Part shown: positions 19,841 to 30,618 of the stretch, in pieces
Position numbering within the stretch: position 1 is the stretch's first letter
Layout: each line of letters starts with the position of its first letter
The notes under the pieces: model-generated
Database searches by the model: none
Seen by the model: the letters and a program-made list of their open reading frames with translations, nothing else
Told to the model about the DNA's origin: nothing
From: a virus
Taxonomy: Duplodnaviria; Caudoviricetes
Length of the DNA: 61,313 nucleotides
IMG/VR virus record: IMGVR_UViG_3300046695_000002
Location: 1 to 61,313 of that record
Strand: one strand, 5' to 3'
Made by a program: the position numbers and the translations under genes

Positions 19841-21117
19841 CTTGTGATAATCGTTCAAAAGTCTATACCTTTCCCACAAGTCTGTGTAAGGAAGGTGCTG
19901 TAGGACCTTCTGGTCCTAGAGGGGAAACTGGCGATTCAGGGCCGGCTGGTCCTTCAGGTGTACAAGGAATTCCTGGTGTGGGCTTACCTTCAGGTGGAAC
20001 TACAGGCCAAATTCTAATCAAGCTTAGCAATAATAACTATGATGTTGGCTGGGCGAATGTAACGGGAATAATCGAGCCTCCGCCTGATCCTGGAGGTGGT
20101 ACGCCTACGGTAATCACACCGGCTGTAGTGCCTAATAAGGCAGCTTATTGGGCTATGTTGGAGGAGTGGGATCCGTATATTGATGGGTACTGGACTAATG
20201 AAACTAACGGGGGTTTTAAGCAACTTCAAACTTACTATGATGGAGAGCTTTGTAGGTATCGCTTGAGAGATCATTTTGCTACTACAAGTCCCTATTATGC
20301 TTCTGCTGATAAGTCTAATCAGTGGTATTCAAGTTATTACGTACAGCCTAATAACGGATCTCTACCTGGTTACTGGGTATTTCCTCAAGGACTAGTAGAG
20401 AGATTTATAAGACGTGCTGACGCAAACGCTAAAACTCAAGCTCTTAATCTTTTAAACAATGCTTCTTACGCTAATACACAAGCAGCCGGTGAAGACTTGT
20501 CTACTCAAGAATATAGTAGAGAAGTTGCGTATGCCTTAGAAGCTAAGATTCACTGCCCTAAGATGTCCGGAGTTATCCTCACCTCAACTCAACTTACTAG
20601 ACGATCTCAATTATTCGAGTGGTCTTTAGGTCATCTTCACATCTGGGCTAGTAACTTAGGATCGTACTGTCGGCCTTTCATGGTAGGAATTACGTGCAAA
20701 GCTTTGATTGATTATTGGGAAAATGTAGCTCAAGACCCACGCATAAAAACCAATATTATAGCTATTGTGGATTATATCTGGAATACCTGTTGGAATGCTG
20801 CTGGACAGGCGTTTAACTATACTGATAGGGCTACAGGAATAGAGCCTACGGATCTTCAGCCTCAACCTGATTTGAATATGATTGTGGCTCCTATTTATGG
20901 CTGGCTATGGTCTCAGACTGGAAATGCTATTTATAGAACAAGAGGAGATCAGATCTTTACTGGTGGAATTAGTGTCTATAGCGGAGCTGTGCATGTAAGC
21001 GGAAGTTGGTTAGGCACTAGAGATTCTAGTAATCCTGCCGGTAAGCAGTACAATCAACAACTCTATTGGGGGCCTCGGTATATTGAATGGGGTGAGTTGC
21101 CCGTTACTATACCTTAA
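19837..21117 (+). CDS. collagen-like fibre with a putative glycoside hydrolase-like helical head
   Basis: About 10 GXY triplets, LPSGGTTGQIL.K fibre linker, then a W/Y-rich helical domain (DLN...YGWLW..TG...Y..RGDQIF). Confidence 0.65.
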   Translation: MTCDNRSKVYTFPTSLCKEGAVGPSGPRGETGDSGPAGPSGVQGIPGVGLPSGGTTGQILIKLSNNNYDVGWANVTGIIEPPPDPGGGTPTVITPAVVPNKAAYWAMLEEWDPYIDGYWTNETNGGFKQLQTYYDGELCRYRLRDHFATTSPYYASADKSNQWYSSYYVQPNNGSLPGYWVFPQGLVERFIRRADANAKTQALNLLNNASYANTQAAGEDLSTQEYSREVAYALEAKIHCPKMSGVILTSTQLTRRSQLFEWSLGHLHIWASNLGSYCRPFMVGITCKALIDYWENVAQDPRIKTNIIAIVDYIWNTCWNAAGQAFNYTDRATGIEPTDLQPQPDLNMIVAPIYGWLWSQTGNAIYRTRGDQIFTGGISVYSGAVHVSGSWLGTRDSSNPAGKQYNQQLYWGPRYIEWGELPVTIP

Positions 21118-21126
21118 AGAAAAACT

Positions 21127-21576
21127 ATGAGTGTTACAGGCGCAATAAAAGTTCTCGATGTTCCAGATGACGCATGTCTAACGACTATGAGAGATCTTGT
21201 ATTGCAGTTAGAGAAGTACTTAGCTGTTGAATTCGAAGAAGAGAAGATAACTAATGTAGTAGTCTCAGCAGTTGAGCCGGACACCACTAGCCGGGATGTT
21301 TTATGGTTTAGGATAGATAGTTCGGGCAATCCTATAGGGTTATACGCTTTTACCCAAGGAGTATGGTATCAGGAATTTCCTCCTCCTCAACAAGTAATTA
21401 GAATGTATGGACGTTCAGACGAAGTACCGCCTAGGTATGCTTTGTTAGATGAGTCCATAGCAGGCATCCCAGCAGGCTCTAATACAGCTATTCGAGAGAA
21501 TTGGGTTCTTCATCCTGATCAGGGAGGAAACCCAGGCATCTACATAGTATTTGAGGTTGTAAAGGTAGGATTATAA
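21127..21576 (+). CDS. hypothetical structural protein
   Basis: ORF within the tail operon; contains a SAVEP....LWF motif seen in fibre proteins. Confidence 0.6.
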   Translation: MSVTGAIKVLDVPDDACLTTMRDLVLQLEKYLAVEFEEEKITNVVVSAVEPDTTSRDVLWFRIDSSGNPIGLYAFTQGVWYQEFPPPQQVIRMYGRSDEVPPRYALLDESIAGIPAGSNTAIRENWVLHPDQGGNPGIYIVFEVVKVGL

Positions 21577-21585
21577 TCGTATTAT
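21557..21585 (+). promoter_or_regulatory. sigma70-like promoter
   Basis: TTGTAA-17 nt-TATTAT upstream of the 21614 ORF. Confidence 0.45.
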
Positions 21586-21613
21586 ATAGAAGGACTTACA
21601 GGGAGATTAAGCT

Positions 21614-21805
21614 ATGGCAACAAACGACAACAGAGCAAGATACAAAGCAGGCTTTACTAATAACGCCACTAAAAAGGATTTTGTTAAACACACTCCTTTT
21701 AGATTTGTGAATGGTCTTTCTGATACACAGCTAGCAGCTCTTGAAATGAGACGCGAATCTTATCCCACACCTGTTTATCCAGGTGGAGACGGTAGAGGTA
21801 AATAA
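21614..21805 (+). CDS. small hypothetical protein
   Basis: RBS GGGAG; same strand as the operon. Confidence 0.6.
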   Translation: MATNDNRARYKAGFTNNATKKDFVKHTPFRFVNGLSDTQLAALEMRRESYPTPVYPGGDGRGK

Positions 21806-21846
21806 CTGCTTAGCCGTACTACTAAATTTATAAAAGGAACTACATC

Positions 21847-22086
21847 ATGCATTTCTATAATCCTCTAAGTCCTCTTAAGCCAGCTACTCCAGAAGGCCAT
21901 GCAGGCCGGTATGCTCATATCTATCTGCCATTTTACGGATACTGGTTCGCTTCGGGTCAGCAATACACCTTCTTAACTGGAGAGATTGTTCAAAGACCTA
22001 GCCGGCCTGTTTTAGGACTTAGCCGTCCTGATACTTTCCGTAAAGACTGTTGTGACTGCCCGTCTACTACGGCAGTTGTCATCTAA
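21847..22086 (+). CDS. small hypothetical protein with C-terminal CCDC
   Basis: RBS AAGGA; abuts the next ORF. Confidence 0.6.
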   Translation: MHFYNPLSPLKPATPEGHAGRYAHIYLPFYGYWFASGQQYTFLTGEIVQRPSRPVLGLSRPDTFRKDCCDCPSTTAVVI

Positions 22087-22290
22087 ATGGGTTGCGGCTC
22101 CTGTGGTCAACGGTATGTCCCGAACAGTCCTCCTACGTTCACTATGAAAGTGCGGGGAACTAGGAAAGGAGTAATCAAAGGGGCGGGTAGTCAGCCTCTT
22201 AGCACTAGTAATAAAGAGGGAGAGAGATCTCCCTCTTTACCTTCTATCCCTGTAGACGGAGTATCAGGGCCGTCAACAAAGAACGAGTAA
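22087..22290 (+). CDS. small hypothetical protein (MGCGSCG start)
   Basis: TAAATG junction with the upstream ORF. Confidence 0.55.
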   Translation: MGCGSCGQRYVPNSPPTFTMKVRGTRKGVIKGAGSQPLSTSNKEGERSPSLPSIPVDGVSGPSTKNE

Positions 22291-22306
22291 GTTATGCGAC
22301 TAGGCC

Positions 22307-23275
22307 ATGAGTCTAACCTTCGGTCAAGCAAAGAAAATACTTGCTCAGTATCAGGGGAAAGGGGGAAAACGTCCCACAGCTGAAAACCTTGATCAATTCG
22401 TTATCAAAGTTTTGCAGTATCTTCTTTATCAAGGCTCTCCTAACGCAGAACGAGCGTTTGAATTATACGCTGTAAATGGCTGGTTCACAGCTCCCTACGA
22501 ACTAGAAACTCCACTTAAAGTCAAAATAAACGGCCGAGTTGGAACAGTTCAATCCAAATGGTTCGAATTCAAGTCTGGTAACGATTTCACCAAAGGAAGT
22601 TGTTATGAGAACACCTCTATCTTTGAGGACGCGAATACTTATTATACTGCTTATGATCTTCCTTCAAGCGGCGCTCATGTAGGAGTCATTGGAACTACAC
22701 ACGAAGAAGCTGATACTTATTTAATAGTACAGGGCAGTGATCTAACGGGCCGGGAAATATTCACCAATCATAAGGGTGCTGACATATCCGGCGAACTTGT
22801 AGAAATCAGAAAGAATGTCTTAGTTAGAACTAATGTAGTTTTTGGTAATATTACTGGAATCGTAAAGACTCGGACTAATGGATATGTTCAACTTCATTGG
22901 ACTGATAGGGAGGGGCATGTAAAGGGTTTTCTTTCTGACTATTCTCCCATAGAAGAAACACCTTCTTATCGAAGATTTCAATTAAGAGTTTCAGATTGTC
23001 CTTCTTTAGCTAAGATTACAGTTCTAGGCAGAACTAGAATTAAAACTGCTTATGCGGACAATGATCGAATTCCTTTTGATAATCTATTGGCTATTGAAGT
23101 AGCCGGCCAGACCATAAATGCTAACTATAATACTGATATTCAAAGAGCGCAGCAGCAGCATACTTTTTTAAAAGATATAGTGAATCAAGAGGCTGTTCAT
23201 AAGCGGCCTAGTAACGGCAATCCGCTGGAGGTGTTTCATGCTACTTCAGCAGGAACTATAAAAGGGATTGTTTAG
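22307..23275 (+). CDS. putative head-tail adaptor / tail tubular protein A-like
   Basis: Helix-beta-helix layout, size and position before the ejection proteins; positional inference. Confidence 0.45.
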   Translation: MSLTFGQAKKILAQYQGKGGKRPTAENLDQFVIKVLQYLLYQGSPNAERAFELYAVNGWFTAPYELETPLKVKINGRVGTVQSKWFEFKSGNDFTKGSCYENTSIFEDANTYYTAYDLPSSGAHVGVIGTTHEEADTYLIVQGSDLTGREIFTNHKGADISGELVEIRKNVLVRTNVVFGNITGIVKTRTNGYVQLHWTDREGHVKGFLSDYSPIEETPSYRRFQLRVSDCPSLAKITVLGRTRIKTAYADNDRIPFDNLLAIEVAGQTINANYNTDIQRAQQQHTFLKDIVNQEAVHKRPSNGNPLEVFHATSAGTIKGIV

Positions 23276-23281
23276 GACAGG

Positions 23282-23809
23282 ATGATCATCGATAAGGCTC
23301 CGGAGAGTCAGCATCAAGAGAAGTATAAACCATCTGTTGCTGCTGAGACCGAAGCTCTTATGGAAGATACTATAGAAAAAGTAGCTGATGTTCATGATTG
23401 GATGAGGGATGTAAGGGGAAACATTCATGTTATTCAGGAAATGAAACTTATGTTAAGTACGGTTTCAACAGCCCAAGCAGTAATGGCCCAATCGGCGGAG
23501 AGTATGGCTGATTCTCTTAAGAAGTTTGAATTACGGTACGAAAGGATGGAAGATCGTTATCAAGCTTTGATTAACAGAAAACAGGGAGATGGCCAGATTC
23601 CTCTTAGAAGTCATTACTTATCTTTGTATACTTTCATGTTGCCTACTGTTGTCATGGCTATTGGAGTAGTGATCGGAGTTTTGTACGTAACTAAGTATGA
23701 CATTAGTGCAACTTTAACTTCTATAAAACTTGACCAGCATAAAACTCAGGAAATGTTAGAGGATAGTAAACATAAAACTGAAGCTAAGATCGAAGAGAAG
23801 GCAAAGTAA
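23282..23809 (+). CDS. coiled-coil membrane protein (holin candidate)
   Basis: One strong TM segment FMLPTVVMAIGVVIGVLYVT after a coiled coil. Confidence 0.5.
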   Translation: MIIDKAPESQHQEKYKPSVAAETEALMEDTIEKVADVHDWMRDVRGNIHVIQEMKLMLSTVSTAQAVMAQSAESMADSLKKFELRYERMEDRYQALINRKQGDGQIPLRSHYLSLYTFMLPTVVMAIGVVIGVLYVTKYDISATLTSIKLDQHKTQEMLEDSKHKTEAKIEEKAK

Positions 23810-25615
23810 ATGGCGACTGCTAAGAAAGGTATAGGAGCAATTCAAACTTTGCCCGGTGCCAGGAAAAAAGCTACTTCAGGAAAAAACCCTAATGGACTGC
23901 CTACGCTTAAATATCCTGGCGATATTGGTTATACTCCTGTAAAGGGTGTAGATGTTAATATTGATCCTCTTTCCCCTACTGATACTACTTTCAATTACGA
24001 TCCTATCACAGCTAGCACCATAGCGGGTGGTGCGAATGTAACAGCTGGTAAAGTCTCTGCTGACAAGTTAGCCAATCAATTCATGACGGCAGCGGACTAC
24101 AGTATTGTAGATCCGTCTAAAATATCTCAAGAGTATGGAGATATTGCTAGAAGTCAGATGAAAGAGAATGCAAAACTCTCTTCTGACTTAGCCTTACAAG
24201 CCCTTGATACTGAACTTAAAGGACTACAGAGTTACGCTCCGGCTGCTGCTGCCTTACAGCGTGGAGAAGTAGCCAAAGATAATACTTTTAACCAAGCTCA
24301 AAGACTGGCTCAACTAGACCAAGGCGATCCCAGGTTAAGGTCTGACTTAGAAGGGCAGGCCGGCAGAGCTAGAGCTTTTGCGGAAGGGAGAGTACCAGAT
24401 CCGATTCAGGATAGGGCGTTAGAGTTAGGCATACGATCTAGCGCGGCTGATGCAGCTAGTGCAGGCGGGTTTGGAGTTAGATCAGGTGCTGCTAGAAAAG
24501 CCTCTGAACTCATGTCTGCCCAGCAAAGAATAGGCTTATCCCAGTATGGTGATCAATTACTAACATCTAATATTAAAGGCAGATCAGACTTATTATTAGC
24601 ACCTACGGAATACTCAACTGCTGGATCTCAAATAAAAGCAACGCCTACTCAAAGTGCTGCTCAAATAGGTTTAGCGATAGCTAGTCAAGCTAATGACAAG
24701 ACTATCATTTCTTCTGAAACTGCCTTAGCTAATCAAACACAACAACAGGAATTTAAAACTGGATTAGAGCAAGATACTAGAAAGTTTAATACTGGCTTAG
24801 CTGCTCAAAAAGATTTGAATCAAGCTCAATTAAACTTACAAGCCGGTACTACGAATGTAGACACTGCCCTTAGAGCTGACTTGGCTAATCAACAAAATAC
24901 TACTCAAGTACAAAGCATTAATGCTCAGAATGCGATGTCTGCTCAAGAGGTCAATGCTAGGAATGCAATTCAATCTCAATCAACTGCAATGGGTATTCGT
25001 TCAAACGAAGCTCAGTTTAATTCTCAATTGCAGTTTAATGTCAAGAATGCCAATGCTGCAATGGCGTTTAACGCAGCTAACATCAATGCTGGCCGGGCTT
25101 TGGATGTCGCTTCTAACAATAGAGCTGTTAGGTTAGATGTTCAGAAAACTAATAAAAGTATGATCTTTCAGGATATACAGGCCAGGAGAGCAGAAGCAGC
25201 TGCTAGTGCTAGAGCTGCCATGGCGGAAAGAGGAGCTAACGCTAGAGCTGCCATGAGTGCATCTCTTCAGAGAGACGCCATTGCTGCTAACACGGCAGCT
25301 CAGCAGTCTGCTCAAGCATTTACTCTTCAACAACAACAGCAGGCTTTAGATCAGTACAATAAGGGTGCAGCTAAAGGCAGTGCATCTCAAGATGCAGCAA
25401 CTACTGGAAATCTGATTGCAAGGTCTCCGTCTGTAATTGCGGGAGCTGGTTCAATTGCTGCTGCGGGAAGTTCTATTTATAACTCTTTTGGAAGTAATAG
25501 TTCTACAACTACCTCTGCTGGTACTCCCTACACCGGCAGTTATGATTACGGTGGTGATGTAAGTGTTCCTGATACCTTTACCTACGATAATGGCGGGACT
25601 GATTACTATTTATAA
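23810..25615 (+). CDS. DNA ejection/pilot protein
   Basis: A/Q/N-rich helical repeats (NAQNAM, FNAANIN) typical of podoviral internal proteins. Confidence 0.6.
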   Translation: MATAKKGIGAIQTLPGARKKATSGKNPNGLPTLKYPGDIGYTPVKGVDVNIDPLSPTDTTFNYDPITASTIAGGANVTAGKVSADKLANQFMTAADYSIVDPSKISQEYGDIARSQMKENAKLSSDLALQALDTELKGLQSYAPAAAALQRGEVAKDNTFNQAQRLAQLDQGDPRLRSDLEGQAGRARAFAEGRVPDPIQDRALELGIRSSAADAASAGGFGVRSGAARKASELMSAQQRIGLSQYGDQLLTSNIKGRSDLLLAPTEYSTAGSQIKATPTQSAAQIGLAIASQANDKTIISSETALANQTQQQEFKTGLEQDTRKFNTGLAAQKDLNQAQLNLQAGTTNVDTALRADLANQQNTTQVQSINAQNAMSAQEVNARNAIQSQSTAMGIRSNEAQFNSQLQFNVKNANAAMAFNAANINAGRALDVASNNRAVRLDVQKTNKSMIFQDIQARRAEAAASARAAMAERGANARAAMSASLQRDAIAANTAAQQSAQAFTLQQQQQALDQYNKGAAKGSASQDAATTGNLIARSPSVIAGAGSIAAAGSSIYNSFGSNSSTTTSAGTPYTGSYDYGGDVSVPDTFTYDNGGTDYYL

Positions 25616-25621
25616 AATATT

Positions 25622-28483
25622 ATGGTACAGCAATATAACGATAAGGTGTTTAGAACGCCATCTAATACAATAGTTAGTCAGCCTTATACTGTTAACCCCG
25701 GTAAACCGCCGCAACAGATTAATCCCCAAACTAATCAGCCGATTCAGTTTCAGCATCCGATCTTACCTGCTTATCAAGTGAACTCTCATGGTTCGGCGGA
25801 TCCGGCTTATCAAAAAGCAACTCAACTATCGCCTAACAACAGCCTGTATCACGAGACTAATCCACCGCCCATGAATCCAATTATGGATAAGTTTGGGGAT
25901 ATGATTGGTGATGCTACGTTTAAACAAAATCTAGCCAAAGATGGACAAATGCAGGCGTCCCTCTTTGATGTGGATAACTTAGTAAAATCTAATGCTGGGA
26001 TATTCCGTAAGCAGCAGCCGGGTGTTCAAGAGTTTGGGTTAGATGCCGATGGAAAACCGATGTACTCTCTTACTGATGTGACAGGTAATGGAGCTTCGGC
26101 TAATAACTATAAGTCAGGCGAAAATCAGCTTAGTACAGTAGGACAAGTTTTAGATTCCACGGGAGCCTTTAGAACAAAAGAAGAAGCCAGTTCTTTTGCT
26201 AAGTACACTAAACTAGCAGGTTCCCCCCAATTCATGGGGCAATTAACAGCGCAGATCTCTCAAGGCGATCAAAAAGGAGCTGTTAATTCCATTCTTACTC
26301 AGTTTGGAAAACCTACTCTTGATCAATACGCAAAGAATCCTAGCGACAAGGCCGGTATAGCTACAGCTTTTAGTGCCTACAATATGGTCACTAATTGGGA
26401 TAAAATGAGTACGTCCCAGAGATCCCTAGCTATGGCTGGTATGGCGTTAACTGGTTATCAGTATGCCAATGGAGAAGACTTATCTAAGAGAGTTTTGATC
26501 GGAGGAGCACAAAAAGGTGATCCTAGTTTAACTGTGGGTACTGCATTAGGACTAGCCGGTGCTGGTGTTAATGTCGTTACTCTCATGAAAAACTGGGATC
26601 AGATGGACATGATGCAGCGGCTTACCTTTGGAGCTGGCACGGCTGCTCAGATGGCTACTACTGCTAAACAGATGGGTCTTATCGGAGCCGCTGAGAATGG
26701 AGGTAAAGCTGTCAATACAACTGCTCAAGCTTTAGGATCTCTTGGATTTAAAGCAGCTCCTTCAATGGGTGTGGGAGCAGTTGTAGGACCCTCTTCTAAC
26801 GTACCTCAAGGGTACACTGTCGTAGCAGCTGGTACTGCTCCTGATACAGTTGTAGCGGTTCCAATAGGGCATGAGGGCACAGCTGCCACGATGAATGGAT
26901 CTAGTAATCTTGTTAGTCTTAATACACTTGCTGGAGGAGCTGTTGCAGCAGCCGGAGCGTATTCCGTGTACCAGAACTGGGGTAAAGGCGGATCTGAAGG
27001 TGCTATTAACGGAGTTATTGGTGGCACTCAAATGGCTCAAGGAATAGCGAAGCTCGGAGAATCTAATCCTTATACGTTAGGAGCTATTGTAGCTGCCAGT
27101 GCTCTAGGAGGAGTAGTAAAGAATAAGACTGCCTCAGCGGCAATAGGAATCGGAGCAGGCGGCTATGGAGCTTATGCAGCCTATAACGCAGCTACAGCAG
27201 GTGCAAATGCAGCTGGATCTGCTGCTTCAGCTACTTTGGGAAATGTAGCCATAGGGGCCGGCACTGCTTATTCAGCATCTAAGATCTTAGGCTCTAATAT
27301 GAGTGCTAAGCAAAAAGCTACTGCATTAAGACGTACAGCCGAAGATTCGGCTGCTACTTACTATACAGCTGGCTTATATGCCGTAGGTCAATTAGCAGAT
27401 CAGAAACTTTTTAAAGGAAGAGGTGAGAAGTTTAGAGAGAAGTACGAGAAATACGCAACTCTAGGCGGAAGTGTTATTGCCGATAAACTTACAGCTGGCG
27501 TACTGGGTGGAAAGAGTAGTGCCCGTATGGGCCGGGATATGGTTAGAAAAGGTGTTCAAGACGCAGGGATTGTAGACAAACAATGGAACGTTACTTTAGC
27601 TGACGGTACTAAAGTAAACGCTGGGCTAGACGGTAAAGACGGAAATCACGAGTTTAGAGATCCTAGTAAAGTTCCCCAAGGAAACGAAGTAAGAACTCTT
27701 TCAGCTTACGATGTTGACTATACCAATGACTTAGACTTTTCAGCTAATTTAATGACTACTTCCTTAATGCGGCTTCTTTCAGGTGGCAAAGGAAAAGCTA
27801 TTGATCAGATATCCGGCCAACTTGCTAACGCATCTTTAGGTAATGTTGGTTACGGTCAGGACATGACGCAAGAGACTTTCGGAAAAGCTCAAGCAAACGT
27901 AAGGGGCATGTTCGTCCAGAGTGGACTTAAAACCAAAGAAGATGCTTATGCATTAGCCAATCAAGCCTTTGCTGAACACCGTATAAACGAAATGGATTTA
28001 GCTCAACTTCATCAAGGGATTAATATGACCTTTGATCAAGATGGCTACGATACAGCGCATCAATTAATGCCCGGTAGGTATAAGGGTATTGAAGTTGCTT
28101 CGAGCATGGTCAATACCCCTGGACCTCATATGGTGTTTCAACAGACTCCTTCTCTTCCTAGAAATCCTGATCCAGGCATGATTTTATCTGGTGGCGTTAA
28201 CCCATTGTCCAGGCTTACGCCTGATCAAAAAGTTGGAGTAGCTACTCAAGTAGCAGCCGGACAAGCGGTAAGTAATACGCAAAGCCCGGCTTATAGTTTC
28301 AACATGGAAGGTGGGCATTATTGGGGTCAGCCAACAGCCGGGCTATACCAGCAGGCTTTACAAGATTACGTAGATCCGTGGTCTAAGAATGTTCCTATTA
28401 CGGGCATGAATCTTAAAGGGGTGAACACTAGAGATATGTCCAAAGCAGATTTAAGAAAGTTTAATGCCTCAAGGTATGCTTAA
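25622..28483 (+). CDS. internal virion/ejection protein
   Basis: Gly/Ala-rich hydrophobic helices; lies within the ejectosome cluster. Confidence 0.55.
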   Translation: MVQQYNDKVFRTPSNTIVSQPYTVNPGKPPQQINPQTNQPIQFQHPILPAYQVNSHGSADPAYQKATQLSPNNSLYHETNPPPMNPIMDKFGDMIGDATFKQNLAKDGQMQASLFDVDNLVKSNAGIFRKQQPGVQEFGLDADGKPMYSLTDVTGNGASANNYKSGENQLSTVGQVLDSTGAFRTKEEASSFAKYTKLAGSPQFMGQLTAQISQGDQKGAVNSILTQFGKPTLDQYAKNPSDKAGIATAFSAYNMVTNWDKMSTSQRSLAMAGMALTGYQYANGEDLSKRVLIGGAQKGDPSLTVGTALGLAGAGVNVVTLMKNWDQMDMMQRLTFGAGTAAQMATTAKQMGLIGAAENGGKAVNTTAQALGSLGFKAAPSMGVGAVVGPSSNVPQGYTVVAAGTAPDTVVAVPIGHEGTAATMNGSSNLVSLNTLAGGAVAAAGAYSVYQNWGKGGSEGAINGVIGGTQMAQGIAKLGESNPYTLGAIVAASALGGVVKNKTASAAIGIGAGGYGAYAAYNAATAGANAAGSAASATLGNVAIGAGTAYSASKILGSNMSAKQKATALRRTAEDSAATYYTAGLYAVGQLADQKLFKGRGEKFREKYEKYATLGGSVIADKLTAGVLGGKSSARMGRDMVRKGVQDAGIVDKQWNVTLADGTKVNAGLDGKDGNHEFRDPSKVPQGNEVRTLSAYDVDYTNDLDFSANLMTTSLMRLLSGGKGKAIDQISGQLANASLGNVGYGQDMTQETFGKAQANVRGMFVQSGLKTKEDAYALANQAFAEHRINEMDLAQLHQGINMTFDQDGYDTAHQLMPGRYKGIEVASSMVNTPGPHMVFQQTPSLPRNPDPGMILSGGVNPLSRLTPDQKVGVATQVAAGQAVSNTQSPAYSFNMEGGHYWGQPTAGLYQQALQDYVDPWSKNVPITGMNLKGVNTRDMSKADLRKFNASRYA

Positions 28484-30615
28484 TGGCTACGAATCCTTAT
28501 CCAGAAGCAGACGTTAATTTATTCGTCAATGCCTTTTCCAAGGGAGTTAACGACGCTTCTCAAGCTCCATCTGCTTATAGTTCGTTTTTTGGCGGATTAC
28601 TTAAAGGCATAGACGATCAACAGAAGTACGAATCAGAGCAACAGCAGCAGGCTATTCGAGCTAATCAGATTGAGCAGATTCCAGTAACTAATCGCATTAA
28701 TGAAGCCAATGCTATAAGAGGCGAAGCTCAAGCAGCTGCTTATAAACAAGATCCTCAAAGCTATATTGATGCTCAGATTGCAGAAGAAAAAGCTGCCATT
28801 CAGAAGCAAACACAAGACGCAAACCTTCAACAAAGGCGTACTGAATTTTTAAATATCATAAAAAAGGGCGATCCTATTGCAGTGGGACAAGCTTATACTT
28901 CTCAGAAGTATGTGGATGTAATAGCAGCCACTCCTAATCTTAATGATATTCTTATTAAGTCATCCGAGAGATGGGCGCCGGCAGATAAGTCATTATTATA
29001 TGAAGCTGAAACAGCTAAGATAAGAGCTACTGAAGCTGCTAAGTATGGCATGAAAGCTGAGAGTTTATCTCAAGAAGCTCAGAAAGATTACATGACTAAT
29101 GGGGATATACATACTGTAGCTAGTAAGCTTGGTAAGTCTGCAATGGAATTGGCTCTTAATGGAGAGATTCGTTATGAGCAAGAATCCTCCGGCGGTATTC
29201 CTGTACCTAAGTATAAAAGAGATGACCAAGGAAAAGTACAGCTTGATCCTAAAACTAATCAACCTTTACCTGAATTAGATAAGAATGGAAATCCTGTAAT
29301 AGACTTTACGGTAGGAGGAGGTAAGCCTGCTTGGAAACCTTACTTTTATTATGGAGAACCCGGACAAGAAAAGACGAAAGTTCAAGAATTCAATGACGCT
29401 ACTGAAAAGATTTATAACAAGTATTCTAAACCTTTTCAGTATGCGAATGGTTACGGGCATGATCAAGGGGGATTAGGGGATATTCAGAGACAAGCTTTAG
29501 AAGTAGAGAAGCAAAGAAAAGCAAGTATTCTAGAGCAACAAAGAGTTGCTGACGAGGCGAATAAAGGCCACCCTAATGCGGAAGCTGCTTTCTTAAGCGG
29601 GCTTAATACAGACTTGCCTCAGTACCAGACACCTATAAATCCACCCATAAATCCGCCTAAAGTTACTCGTTCGTTTCAAGCAGCGGCAGCTAAAATAGAA
29701 GCTAAGGTAAATGAGACTAGAGCAGCTCAAGGTCAAACCCCTGCATCTAGACCGACTTTCAATCCTAGTACAGTACAGCATTCTGTGTATGTGTCACCTG
29801 TTTTATCACCTACACCATCTGTTTCAAATACACCCGCTGACGTGCCTAATGCACAGCCAACACCTTGGATAACACCTGCTCCTGATAATCCTCAAGCACC
29901 GGCGCCCCAACTAACATCTAACCCTGAAGCTGAGAATAAGCGCAGACAAGAAGAAGCTTCAGCGAGAGCCAAGTTTTCCATAGATAGGAATCGGCCTACT
30001 ACGAAGGTCACTCCTATTCAGCAAGCAACTAATACAACTGCTCCGGCTCTTATTCCTTCTAGGTTTGAAATAAGGACTCCAGGAGCTATTCAGCCACATA
30101 ATGAAATAGTTCAGAGAGTTCAGAATAATCCTGAATTAAACGGATTCTCAGCACTAACGAAAGCTGTCGTTGCTGTAGAGAGTGGTGGAAATCCTAATGC
30201 GATAAGTAAGACAGGTGTTAAAGGTTTAATGCAAGTTTCTCTAGGTACGGCTAACGATATCTCGCCAGGAGCGGATAGAACTAATCCAGCTACATCATTA
30301 TTTCTTGGAACTACTTACTTAGAGTCATTACTCGATCGTTTTCAAAATCCAATGATAGCTTTAGTAGGCTACAATGGGGGACCGGCTGTAGCTGCTAGAG
30401 CAGTGCAATTAGCCGGTTCTACTGATTGGGAGAACGTGAGAAAAGCTTTACCGCAAGCAGTTAAAGAGTTTTATCCTAGAAATCCTAATAAAATAAATGA
30501 AGTATTAAGCTATGCCGATAAAGTTTTAAGCTATTTTCCAGCTTTTGTTAAGAATAGAAGGGATATGGAAATAGCTTCTATCTTACAAAATCACGGCGTA
30601 TTAAACTTTGCGTAA
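28483..30615 (+). CDS. ejection protein with C-terminal lytic transglycosylase (SLT) domain
   Basis: SLT motifs AVESGGNPNAIS..G.KGLMQV and ALVGYNGG. Confidence 0.85.
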   Translation: MATNPYPEADVNLFVNAFSKGVNDASQAPSAYSSFFGGLLKGIDDQQKYESEQQQQAIRANQIEQIPVTNRINEANAIRGEAQAAAYKQDPQSYIDAQIAEEKAAIQKQTQDANLQQRRTEFLNIIKKGDPIAVGQAYTSQKYVDVIAATPNLNDILIKSSERWAPADKSLLYEAETAKIRATEAAKYGMKAESLSQEAQKDYMTNGDIHTVASKLGKSAMELALNGEIRYEQESSGGIPVPKYKRDDQGKVQLDPKTNQPLPELDKNGNPVIDFTVGGGKPAWKPYFYYGEPGQEKTKVQEFNDATEKIYNKYSKPFQYANGYGHDQGGLGDIQRQALEVEKQRKASILEQQRVADEANKGHPNAEAAFLSGLNTDLPQYQTPINPPINPPKVTRSFQAAAAKIEAKVNETRAAQGQTPASRPTFNPSTVQHSVYVSPVLSPTPSVSNTPADVPNAQPTPWITPAPDNPQAPAPQLTSNPEAENKRRQEEASARAKFSIDRNRPTTKVTPIQQATNTTAPALIPSRFEIRTPGAIQPHNEIVQRVQNNPELNGFSALTKAVVAVESGGNPNAISKTGVKGLMQVSLGTANDISPGADRTNPATSLFLGTTYLESLLDRFQNPMIALVGYNGGPAVAARAVQLAGSTDWENVRKALPQAVKEFYPRNPNKINEVLSYADKVLSYFPAFVKNRRDMEIASILQNHGVLNFA

Positions 30616-30618
30616 ACT

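Noticed and set aside
22087-22110. Eukaryotic-style MGC myristoylation/palmitoylation signal
   Set aside because: Bacterial promoters, SD sites and phage gene content make this most likely a simple CxxC
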